Positions 19,219-28,127 of a stretch of DNA of 64,000 nucleotides are shown here, one piece after another. Within the stretch, counting starts at the first letter, position 1. Each line of letters opens with the position of its first letter. Below the pieces are notes generated by a model. It had not been told where the DNA came from. It saw only the letters and a list, made by a program, of their open reading frames with translations, and searched no databases. The position numbers and the translations under genes are program-made. Origin of the DNA: a bacterium (GTDB lineage: Bacteria; Electryoneota; Electryoneia; Electryoneales; Electryoneaceae); NCBI GenBank assembly GCA_963669175.1, contig OY769902.1:1696001-1760000 (forward strand). The letters run 5' to 3'.

Positions 19219-20286
19219 TCAGCGTGTCATTTTCTGCATCTGTGGTCTTTTCTTTCTGAGTACAATGAAGTCTTTCACACCCTCAAGGAAGCCCAACCCA
19301 TAAGATACCTGGAAAGTAGCAAATATCACGGGTAGAATTGGCAGGTAGCGCCAACCATGTTTGCGAGATTCGCTGAAGCTTCCATATAGAACAAAACACG
19401 CATAGGCCAGCCATTCAGCGGCAAGAATCAATTTATTGAATTTGTAAAGATTATGCCAAGGCCCTGTCTTTTTTATTGCAGATAGTAGCCTGGTAACGAG
19501 TAGCGAGCAAGTGAAGAATAAGGATGATCCGACAAACGTGCCGGGAACAAGGTGACGTATAGAAGCGGGCAGTTTATGTTTCTGAATCACACGGATTTTA
19601 TAGTACCCGTATTGGCGGTACTGTTTAAACAGCTTGACAAGTGAATTCCGTGGATAGTAATAACTCTTCAGGCGAAGTGACTGATAGACCGTTTTCCCAT
19701 TTCTATTCAACCTGAGGTTGAACTCATCATCCTGGTTGCGTGTCAGTTCTTCGTCAAACAAGCCAACTTCATCAAAAAGTTCTTTATGCCAGCAACCGCC
19801 GAAAACAGTATCGATCTTACCTTCATATTCCGTGTCGTGATGACGTGATCCCCCGATAACCAGCGGGGATTGATAGCCGATTGCCACAGCGTTTGACAGG
19901 TAATTGGTGCCACGAGCGATAACTGGCCCGCCAACAGCATCAGCCCCGGTTTCGATGAGGACATAGACCGATTCCCGGATATAATCCCTGGGGAAAACGG
20001 AATGCACATCGAGCCTGACAAGAATATCTCCCCTTGCAGCCCGGATAGCATGATTCAAAGCGAAAGGGGTTGTCAGTTCGGGATTGTCGATCATACGAAT
20101 GCGCTTATCGAGGCGGTGATAATGGTCCAGGATTTTTCGTGTGCCATCATCAGACATCCCATCGGCAATAATCACCTCAAAACCACCATCCGGGTTTGTC
20201 TGCGCAAGTACGGAATCCAGGAAAGCGCCAATGTGCTTGACTTCATTCCTGCAGGGAACTATCACGCTTATGTTTGGCTGAGTCAT
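19219..20286 (-). CDS. Glycosyltransferase family 2 (ExoA-like)
   Basis: 'SVIVPCRNE', 'ADGMSDDGT', 'RLDVH', 'RNQDDEFNLR', 'KQYRQYGYYK'. Confidence 0.92.
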   Translation of the reverse strand: MTQPNISVIVPCRNEVKHIGAFLDSVLAQTNPDGGFEVIIADGMSDDGTRKILDHYHRLDKRIRMIDNPELTTPFALNHAIRAARGDILVRLDVHSVFPRDYIRESVYVLIETGADAVGGPVIARGTNYLSNAVAIGYQSPLVIGGSRHHDTEYEGKIDTVFGGCWHKELFDEVGLFDEELTRNQDDEFNLRLNRNGKTVYQSLRLKSYYYPRNSLVKLFKQYRQYGYYKIRVIQKHKLPASIRHLVPGTFVGSSLFFTCSLLVTRLLSAIKKTGPWHNLYKFNKLILAAEWLAYACFVLYGSFSESRKHGWRYLPILPVIFATFQVSYGLGFLEGVKDFIVLRKKRPQMQKMTR

Positions 20287-20354
20287 GATATCACTTCAAA
20301 GTTAAACACCATCCGGGTTTGCCTTGCTGAATAGACAATATACCAGTGGCACGT

Positions 20355-21047
20355 TCAATGTGTATTGGTCTTTTCCATGAGAGCTTTGTAGATCCGTGCA
20401 TTCAGGCTTGCTCCTGTCAACCCCGTATGATCATTGGCTGTGTGAGGTTCATCCGGAATACCCAGTTGCTGGCTCAGTCGAGAACCATATAAATCCCTGA
20501 ACCCCAACGTCCAGGCCATGGAAGGTATATCCATCACATAGTAATAATACATCTCACGCCAGGTACCATCCGACGTACGAAAAAGATGATCAAGAAACGA
20601 TGCGTCAAACCATGAATTGAATGCTACCATAAGTACATTTTTATCTCCGGCCGTACGTTGATGAAAATCACGTATAAGCTGTACTGCCTCGGTGGATTCT
20701 ACCGCCTCCAGTGATAGCCAACGATCAACAGAGAATCCATTTACCTCAACGGCGCCTTGAGATGCTCGCTCGGGATGATCCGGTAGAATGCGAATAAAAA
20801 GTGAGTCAATGACATCGCCGTCAACTGTCGTATATACCATGCCAATGTCAATCATTTCATGCCAGCCCGGCACCAATCCCGTGGTTTCAACATCAATAAA
20901 CGCCAGCAACCACGCGTCGGGCAATTCACCGGGTAATCCCTCAATCGTATCACCGGCTTGATCTACCGCCGTAACATACCCTGGTTCCTGGGCGAAAAGA
21001 GGTATGTAAAGAATGAAGAAGTAAAGAGTTAAAACAATCCAACGCAT
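20355..21047 (-). CDS. DEDD-family 3'-5' exonuclease-like protein with N-terminal signal peptide
   Basis: ExoI 'FIDVETTGL', ExoII 'AFNSWFDASFL'; N-terminus MRWIVLTLYFFILYIPLFA|QE. Confidence 0.75.
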   Translation of the reverse strand: MRWIVLTLYFFILYIPLFAQEPGYVTAVDQAGDTIEGLPGELPDAWLLAFIDVETTGLVPGWHEMIDIGMVYTTVDGDVIDSLFIRILPDHPERASQGAVEVNGFSVDRWLSLEAVESTEAVQLIRDFHQRTAGDKNVLMVAFNSWFDASFLDHLFRTSDGTWREMYYYYVMDIPSMAWTLGFRDLYGSRLSQQLGIPDEPHTANDHTGLTGASLNARIYKALMEKTNTH

Positions 21048-21215
21048 CGTGACATCTTCCAGTTGTTAGCAGTTGACCGGAATATACCAACCAGCGGAGA
21101 AGCGAACAAGCAAACCTCAATACATGACCAGGGGAGCTTGATACCCGTATCAAATAATGAAAGCAAGCAAAAATGTTTGTACTTTCTTCTGCCCGTTTCA
21201 CCCAAAGAGTACGAG

Positions 21216-21587
21216 ATGGAAATTCTTCTGGTCGAACTGATAGCCGTTTTATTGCCGGGTATTGTGCTGAGCTTTAGCATTGCATACTACCGTTTGAGGA
21301 AGACTCTGTCCTTACGGATGGTGCCGTTCAACATTATTTTTACACATTGCAGCACCGGTGGCCTGATCGCAGTCAGGCGATGTGCGGTAATTCCGGCAAT
21401 CGCAGCGCTTGCTGTGGCTGTTGTCCTACTTGTAGCGCTCAGTGTTACGCCGCTCGCCGAACATACCGCCCTGGTCAAACGTTCTATTATCGTGTTACCG
21501 TCAGGTCTCGTGTTCTATACCTGGTGGGGAATAAACCTGAAGAAGAAATGCCTGAAGGAAAAACGGGTTCGCGATTTGTATAATTGA
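21216..21587 (+). CDS. Small hypothetical membrane protein
   Basis: Three hydrophobic segments; start uncertain (ATG 21216 chosen). Confidence 0.45.
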   Translation: MEILLVELIAVLLPGIVLSFSIAYYRLRKTLSLRMVPFNIIFTHCSTGGLIAVRRCAVIPAIAALAVAVVLLVALSVTPLAEHTALVKRSIIVLPSGLVFYTWWGINLKKKCLKEKRVRDLYN

Positions 21588-21602
21588 TCAAGCGCCGGTT
21601 TG

Positions 21603-21872
21603 CTAGTGGACCGAATCACATAAATCGATGGATACTGAGCTGCGCATTATCGTTCAGGACGAGACGCATTCCTGAAGACATAGCGGGTTATTTCAAAGGA
21701 ATGGAACGACGTCATGAACGATGAGGCGCGCTCCCTTCGGGCATGTCACAAGGCGGCTGTCTGCTGCGTTGATTTCATTTACAGTAGCCCGCTACACCTG
21801 CATGAAATCGTCTTGCACCCAACTCGCCCGTGACAAGCAGAACTCCTCGATTCACGTGATCCGGTCCACTAG
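21603..21872. mobile_element. 270-bp MITE bounded by CTAG with 26-bp imperfect terminal inverted repeats
   Basis: Left end CTAGTGGACCGAATCACATAAATCGA; reverse complement of right end CTAGTGGACCGGATCACGTGAATCGA (23/26 identical). No credible internal gene. Confidence 0.75.
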
Positions 21873-21981
21873 ACAGGATTTCGTGTCGCTGAAGCAAATT
21901 GTTGAATTGTGGTTCTGCTTGTGGTGAAATGACCACACAAGACAGCAGGCGTGTGGAAACAGGTTCACACTGTCGTTCTAT

Positions 21982-22350
21982 TTACACGTAATTGTGTGTC
22001 CCGATGACAACCGGGATACCGAGTTTCTCTTCCAGTTTCACTTTCAGCGCCTCCACATCAAGCGGGCAATCACCATGCGCGATAGCCTGCTTGATACAGG
22101 TGCCGAAATGGATGGCATCAACCCGGTTGCCGATCATTTTTTCTATGAATCCCTTGACCATGACCGCACGTGGCATAAGCAGTCCGGGGCAATCACCACA
22201 GTCTGTCATTCCAACAATTTCAACATCTTCCCCGTGTACACCGAAGTCGCCTGCCAGCTCGCCAGCTCCCTTGAAGCACTTTGCACAGGCCACGCAAGTG
22301 TGGTCTTGAATCCGCTTGCAGTAAAGGATGAGAATCTTTTTTGCCGCCAT
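21982..22350 (-). CDS. CGGC-domain putative metal/Fe-S binding protein
   Basis: 'CVACAKCF', 'MTDCGDCPG', 'IHFGTCI', 'CP', C-terminal 'VVIGTH'. Start MAAKK at 22350 after GGGGAG. Confidence 0.85.
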   Translation of the reverse strand: MAAKKILILYCKRIQDHTCVACAKCFKGAGELAGDFGVHGEDVEIVGMTDCGDCPGLLMPRAVMVKGFIEKMIGNRVDAIHFGTCIKQAIAHGDCPLDVEALKVKLEEKLGIPVVIGTHNYV

Positions 22351-22586
22351 GAACTTCTCCCCCGGATGGTGATCTTGATGTGCAGGATAACAGGATAGCA
22401 CACGAAAGCAGAAGACGCAAGCAAACTGTCATAAAGATTGCTGAATTTTTCTGCGATAGCCTTCAGGATAGCAAGTAAACAGAAGGCTGTGCCGGAGAGA
22501 AAAGAAGTTGCTTATGCTTTTCTCTGGAATTCGATGTTTGTGAACACGATATTGATGCGGGTGAGAAAGACATTCATACTGGAGGG

Positions 22587-25118
22587 ATGATGATAAAGAA
22601 ATCGTTACTACTGTTCTGTTTACTGCTGCCCGGGATTCTCCTGGCCCAAAGCCAGGTACCTCCCCTTGATTATTTCAGTAACGGACGTGGCGCGTACAAC
22701 TTGATCGCTCTGCCTTATGGCCCGGTTGCATTTCCGGATGCCGGGGGAGCGTTATGGACCAACCCGGCAGGTATCGGAATAGATGGTTCGAGTGGCTTAA
22801 TGCTACTCGGTACGACGACTTCCGGTGGTGACAATGAATCCAGTGGTTTCGAGGAGGATTGGGGCTGGGGATTCAACTTGGGGCAACTTGGCTTTGGTGT
22901 TGAATACGCACGCAGCCGTGGCCTCGATGCGAACCGCTATACCATGGGGTTTGCCGGTGAAATGACTGAAGGCTGGACAACCGGCTGGGCTTATCACTGG
23001 TCTGACCGCCTTGATCGGGACAATTCCTGGGATTTCGGCACCTTGATACGTCCGTGCAGCATGTTGTCCGTCGGCGCTATGGTCACTGAGATCGGTCGTC
23101 CGAGAATCAATGGCATGCGCGTTTCGCCGACCTATCACCTGGGCTTGGGCGTTCGTCCCTTTGGCAATACTCTGACGCTGACTGCCGACGCGACCCTGTG
23201 GGAAACAGCCAATGTGGACTATGGTGACTCGATGGATGTCACCCTTGGCGCGACTTGGCAACCGGTTCCCAACATAGCGCTGCGCGGTGGCTATGCCCTG
23301 GACAGCGAGACCATTTTCGCCGGGATCAGCATTTCCAGTGCGTTCTCCACAATATCCAACTATTCTGGTATTCGTAACGAGAGCGTAACGAATCAGCCCG
23401 ACATGGTCGGTTCGACATATATGCGATTCTCTTCACAGTGGGCGCCGGAGCTCAACGATTACATCTTCAAGAAGCCAACCGTGGTACGCTACAAGCTGCG
23501 TGGCAGCATTGTAGAAGAATCTGCACCATTCGGCCTCTTTTATGAACGTCACCTGACACTGCTTGATCTGCTTGAACGTGTCCGCCGGATGACCAATGAT
23601 CCTTCCATTGATGGCCTGGTCCTGGAGATTGAAAATGTATCCATGGGATCCAGTGATCGTGCAGAACTACGGATGGCGTTGAATGATTTCCGGGCTGCCG
23701 GAAAGAAGATCGTTGTTTATTCAGAGGATTATTCCAGCCTGGGTAGCTACTACCTGGCCAGTGTTGCGGACCATGTGATCATGCACCCGGCCGGAGCGGT
23801 AATGATGCCCGGTATCCGCACCACCATGCCTTATTTCAAGGGAACCCTTGAAAAGCTGGGCATTGAAGCGCAGTTCATTACCATTGGCAAATACAAATCG
23901 GCAGCAGAAGTATTCACGCGTGACGGGATGAGTGACGCTGCACGTGAATCCATGACCGCCTACGTTGAGACCCTGTGGGATGTTATCCTCAGGGATGTTT
24001 CTGAAAGCCGTGGCGTCAGCCGTGAAAAGGTGGAAGAGTGGATCAATACGACCATCTTCTCCGCAGATGACGCTCTGGACCAGGGAGTTGTTGACGCCCT
24101 GGCATTCCACGACGAGTTGAACGATGAAGTCAAGACCATATTCGATGATAAAGCGGTCCGTTCCATTCCGTTTGCGATGTATAACGCGCGTGTAGAACCG
24201 CCGAAGGAATGGACGAACATGAGTTCACCGAAGATTGCGATTGTCTATGCGACTGGCAACATCGTGTCGGGTGAATCGCATTACAGTCCGTTTGGTGGCG
24301 GCCATACCATGGGCAGCACAACCCTGGCCCGTGCCATTCGTGAAGCGCGTAGTGATCCACGAGTAAAGGCAATCGTATTCCGCATTGATTCCGGTGGTGG
24401 TTCGGCGTTGGCCTCCGATGTGATTCTGCGAGAAATCCAGAGAACCGTGGAAGGCACAGATGGTTCTGAAGGTATCCCGGTGATCGTATCAATGTCCGAT
24501 GTAGCCGGTAGTGGTGGTTACTATATCGCCTGTCTTGCCGACAAGATCATCGCCCCGGAAACCTGTATTACCGGGTCCATCGGTGTACTGGGAGGCAAGT
24601 TTGTCATGAAGGGCCTGTACGACAAAATCGGATTGGCGCATGATGGTGTCGAGCGTGGCGATCATGCAGGTATCTGGTCAACCACACGTTTGTGGGATGA
24701 AGAAGAGCAGGATGTCCTGCGTCACGAGATGGAAGTCACCTACGACCGTTTCACCGGCTTCGTCGCTGAAGGACGTGAGATGTCCCAGGATCGTGTGAAG
24801 GAATTGGGACAGGGGCGTATCTGGTCCGGTCGTGATGCCGTCGAAAACGGTCTGGTCGATGAGAATGGCGGCTTCCTGTATGCGATCAATGTGGCGCGTG
24901 AAGCTGCCGGTATCGCTGAAGGACGCGAGATTGGCTACAAAATCTACCCGCGCCATGGTGGTCCCAGCATCGGTCGTGAATTGCGGATGATCACTGCGTC
25001 CATGCTTCCTGAATCTGTACGCCAGGTACTTAAAGCTGAAGCGTACATGGAACAGCTCAATACTGGTGAACCCCTGTTGCTGTGTCCATTGGAAGATACA
25101 GGAATGATTGAAAAGTAG
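22587..25118 (+). CDS. sppA: Signal peptide peptidase SppA (protease IV) with an extra N-terminal beta-rich domain
   Basis: Two S49 domains: 'GKYKSAAE' (Lys), 'RIDSGGGSALASD', 'AGSGGYY' (Ser), 'TGSIGV', 'GRIWSG'. Confidence 0.92.
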   Translation: MMIKKSLLLFCLLLPGILLAQSQVPPLDYFSNGRGAYNLIALPYGPVAFPDAGGALWTNPAGIGIDGSSGLMLLGTTTSGGDNESSGFEEDWGWGFNLGQLGFGVEYARSRGLDANRYTMGFAGEMTEGWTTGWAYHWSDRLDRDNSWDFGTLIRPCSMLSVGAMVTEIGRPRINGMRVSPTYHLGLGVRPFGNTLTLTADATLWETANVDYGDSMDVTLGATWQPVPNIALRGGYALDSETIFAGISISSAFSTISNYSGIRNESVTNQPDMVGSTYMRFSSQWAPELNDYIFKKPTVVRYKLRGSIVEESAPFGLFYERHLTLLDLLERVRRMTNDPSIDGLVLEIENVSMGSSDRAELRMALNDFRAAGKKIVVYSEDYSSLGSYYLASVADHVIMHPAGAVMMPGIRTTMPYFKGTLEKLGIEAQFITIGKYKSAAEVFTRDGMSDAARESMTAYVETLWDVILRDVSESRGVSREKVEEWINTTIFSADDALDQGVVDALAFHDELNDEVKTIFDDKAVRSIPFAMYNARVEPPKEWTNMSSPKIAIVYATGNIVSGESHYSPFGGGHTMGSTTLARAIREARSDPRVKAIVFRIDSGGGSALASDVILREIQRTVEGTDGSEGIPVIVSMSDVAGSGGYYIACLADKIIAPETCITGSIGVLGGKFVMKGLYDKIGLAHDGVERGDHAGIWSTTRLWDEEEQDVLRHEMEVTYDRFTGFVAEGREMSQDRVKELGQGRIWSGRDAVENGLVDENGGFLYAINVAREAAGIAEGREIGYKIYPRHGGPSIGRELRMITASMLPESVRQVLKAEAYMEQLNTGEPLLLCPLEDTGMIEK

Positions 25119-25176
25119 GAATCTATTGGTCCGGGTGATGTTTCCCGGTCCATCAGGTTGAACTCGAGAGTTGATC

Positions 25177-25225
25177 ACCCGTTCCCCTGTCTATTGCATT
25201 CAGGGGGGCGGGTTTCTTATTTTTT
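25177..25225 (+). terminator. Intrinsic terminator of sppA
   Basis: ACCCGTTCCCCTG...CAGGGGGGCGGGT followed by TTCTTATTTTT. Confidence 0.6.
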
Positions 25226-25459
25226 ACTATGCATGGAACGGCATTATTACTGAGTGTTATAGAAAATATTGAGATTGCACTCCAGGCAGGTAGTGTGGTT
25301 TCCTTCCAAGGTCGCACAACGGTTTACTTTTCGAAAACATGCGCTGCAAAATGGAAGGTGTTCTCTCTGTAGTATGGATATGGAAAATATTGCCATGAAA
25401 TCAACTGGGGACAAGCGGGGTGGTAGGGAGCAGGATTGTAGAAAGTTGAGAAAGAAAAG

Positions 25460-25936
25460 ATGTTTGTAGAACAACATACACATAAACAGAATTCGATTGA
25501 ACGGTCTTTCCCCCAGGCGTCTCACCTGGGCAGGGGGGAATGGGTCGGCAATGAGACCATTTTGCTGGTTGATGATGAAGAGCTGGTATTGGCATACTTG
25601 ACAAAAGCCCTAATCAGGTTTGGCTATAAAGTGCTGACAGCTTCTGATCCGGAAGAAGCGCTGGTGGTATTCCGTAATAACCAGGACAGGATCAACCTTG
25701 TAGTTCTGGACGTTATCATGCCGGGGATGAATGGCGCACAACTGTTGAAGAAGATTCATGCCATCCAGTCTTCGACTCCGGCGTTGATTATCTCTGCATT
25801 TTCCGAACAGGATATTGAGAAATTATTTCCGGATGGTTTGAACAAGCTCACATTTCTGCAGAAGCCTTTTGTCCCCGGTGATTTGTTGAGCCGGTTGCGA
25901 ATCCTGCTGGATGGCAAGCAGGGCTTGATAAATTGA
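25460..25936 (+). CDS. Stand-alone response-regulator receiver protein
   Basis: 'ETILLVDDE', 'LDVIMPGMNG', 'IISA', 'LQKPF'. Confidence 0.88.
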   Translation: MFVEQHTHKQNSIERSFPQASHLGRGEWVGNETILLVDDEELVLAYLTKALIRFGYKVLTASDPEEALVVFRNNQDRINLVVLDVIMPGMNGAQLLKKIHAIQSSTPALIISAFSEQDIEKLFPDGLNKLTFLQKPFVPGDLLSRLRILLDGKQGLIN

Positions 25937-26142
25937 ATTATATCGTTTGAATTTTTAGTCTTTTTCATTTTTTATTTACTTCTCTCGAGCGATTGCATTT
26001 GCAGGCAACCTTGTTTATACTCTTCGGTTAAGTTGGGTGTAGCAATACTTGCACGCCATATGTTCAGCGCCATGGTTTTCTTGGATTTTCTCGCGATGAT
26101 TGGCGTAGTCACTTCATTACCAAGCACTACAATTGGAGCATC

Positions 26143-26604
26143 ATGCGAGGCCTGTCTTTAAATACCGATCGTCACGCTCTTGTCAAGGACCGCCCCCGTC
26201 TGGAAGAAGTCACCTCCTACCGTGGAAGCGAAGCGATCCTTGTCATCGATGATGACGAATTTGTTGCCGATTATGTGGCGAATGTTCTGGAGACATTCGG
26301 ATACAGAGTCTTTACTGCATCCAATGGGTATGAAGGACTGGATAGCTACAATGAAAACAAAGATGAAATAGATGCCGTTATTCTCGACATTATGATGCCG
26401 GGGATGAATGGCGCTGAAGTGTATCGTCGGTTGCATGGGGTGAACCCGGATCTTCCGATCCTGATTATATCCGGCTACGTTGAAACTGAGGTTGCCCAGT
26501 TATTCCCGGGTAATCGTCTCCCGAAGAGCTTTCTCCAGAAACCGTTTTTACCGGTGGATCTGATGGCATGCTTGCGTTTTCATTTTGATCAGGTCTCCGT
26601 ATAG
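26143..26604 (+). CDS. Stand-alone response-regulator receiver protein (paralog of the previous gene)
   Basis: 'EAILVIDDD', 'LDIMMPGMNG', 'IISGY', 'LQKPF'; RBS GGAG. Confidence 0.88.
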   Translation: MRGLSLNTDRHALVKDRPRLEEVTSYRGSEAILVIDDDEFVADYVANVLETFGYRVFTASNGYEGLDSYNENKDEIDAVILDIMMPGMNGAEVYRRLHGVNPDLPILIISGYVETEVAQLFPGNRLPKSFLQKPFLPVDLMACLRFHFDQVSV

Positions 26605-26629
26605 ACGTGATTTTTCCGTTTTCAGAGAT

Positions 26630-26664
26630 AAAAAAAAGCCACCCTGTCCTGTCCCGGGTGGCTT
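26630..26664 (-). terminator. Intrinsic terminator
   Basis: Hairpin AAGCCACCC...GGGTGGCTT with an A run on the left (T run on the minus strand). Confidence 0.65.
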
Positions 26665-26689
26665 GTCATTTCAGGGCTGTACTTACCAG

Positions 26690-27103
26690 CTATTTGGCCG
26701 GTGTCGCTTCGGCAGATTCTTCCTCTTGAATCACATCGAAGTTGATTACCTCGTCCAGGTCACGGCCCAGGTTGTTTAATTCGAATTTGGCCGATTCCAG
26801 CATATAGGGATCGACATTTGCGCCATAAGCATCAATGAACTTCTGATAGGCTGCACGCGCTTTGGACGTGTCAAACATGGCATAGGTGGAACCGAGCGTG
26901 AATTGGATATTGGCAGCTTTATCACTGTTGGGATATTGTGTCAGCAGAGTTTCATATGTATTTGCTGCAAGTTCGTACTTCTGCTCCTGGGCAAAAGACT
27001 GCGCCTGCTTGAACAGATCTTCTTCGCACGGTTTTCCCGAACAGGCTCCAAAGAAAATTCCAGCGGCAAGCGCCAGGATTACCACAATAGCCGACTGTCT
27101 CAT
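26690..27103 (-). CDS. TPR lipoprotein (YbgF/BamD-like repeats)
   Basis: Lipobox 'FGAC'; 'LFKQAQ...YELAANTYETLLTQYPNSDKAANIQFTLG'. Confidence 0.8.
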   Translation of the reverse strand: MRQSAIVVILALAAGIFFGACSGKPCEEDLFKQAQSFAQEQKYELAANTYETLLTQYPNSDKAANIQFTLGSTYAMFDTSKARAAYQKFIDAYGANVDPYMLESAKFELNNLGRDLDEVINFDVIQEEESAEATPAK

Positions 27104-27197
27104 GGTTCCAACCTCTCACTGGTGAAAGATGGTTAAAAGTAGCTGTTGTCTTTTTCGAAACGCAAGAATACGGATGAAAAAAGGAAAATTCAAGCTA

Positions 27198-28127
27198 TTA
27201 TCCGGGGAATAGCTCAAAAACCATGGCTGCTGCCCCGGTTAATCCGGCTTTTTCACCCAGATTGGCTCGCTGAACTGTCACATCCGATACATTAGCTTTA
27301 TACGCAATTGCCTTCATTGTGTTCCTTGCCGGTTCCAGCAAGACTTCCCCGGCTCCGGAAATTCCCCCGCCGATCAGAATCAGCGAAGGGTTGAAAATGT
27401 TCAGAAAAATGGCAAGTCCGCGCCCTAACCATTCGCCGACAATTTCCCATACTTCCAACGCTTCAACGCTTCCTTCTGCTGCCAGCTTGCTCAACGCGGC
27501 AGGAGAGGCCGGGACTTTATCGGCACGATAAACCTGTCGTGCAGCCCGCATGACTCCCCTGATATTGCAATATACTTCAAGGCATCCGTGAGCGCCGCAG
27601 CCGCAGATGGGGCCATCAGGATGTAACTGTATGTGCCCCAGCTCCGCGCCGCCGCCACCATGACCACGGAGCAGACTGCCATTCACAAGCACACCGCCGC
27701 CAACACCGGTCCCAAGGGTCAGAACCATAAAGTTGTCATGGTTCTGCGCCGCACCCCAACGATGTTCCGCATAGACGACTACATTGGCATCGTTTTCCAG
27801 GAGGACGGGGATATCGCCAGCGACATTTTGCAGGATATCCGCCAGGGGAACATTATCCCACAAAGGGAAATTGGGAGGAGTCCTTACAATCTTCTGGGTT
27901 TTATCAATCAATCCCGGGCTGCCGATGCCGATCCCGATAACCGGAGACGGTGAAAGGTTTTTGGCTCTGTGGATTACATCGGATAGAATCGCAACAACTG
28001 CATCCGGAGAACGATCCTCCAGTTCAATCCGTTCATCGTGCAGGCTGGCGCCCGTCTCATCCACCAGTCCCCATTTTACCGCAGAACCGCCCAGATCGAG
28101 GCCCAATGCAACCCGTGGCATGGTCAT
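27198..28127 (-). CDS. ROK-family sugar kinase (glucokinase-like)
   Basis: 'GLDLGGS', 'ENDAN', 'TLGTGVGGG', 'ELGH...CGCGAHGCLE'. Confidence 0.93.
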   Translation of the reverse strand: MTMPRVALGLDLGGSAVKWGLVDETGASLHDERIELEDRSPDAVVAILSDVIHRAKNLSPSPVIGIGIGSPGLIDKTQKIVRTPPNFPLWDNVPLADILQNVAGDIPVLLENDANVVVYAEHRWGAAQNHDNFMVLTLGTGVGGGVLVNGSLLRGHGGGGAELGHIQLHPDGPICGCGAHGCLEVYCNIRGVMRAARQVYRADKVPASPAALSKLAAEGSVEALEVWEIVGEWLGRGLAIFLNIFNPSLILIGGGISGAGEVLLEPARNTMKAIAYKANVSDVTVQRANLGEKAGLTGAAAMVFELFPG

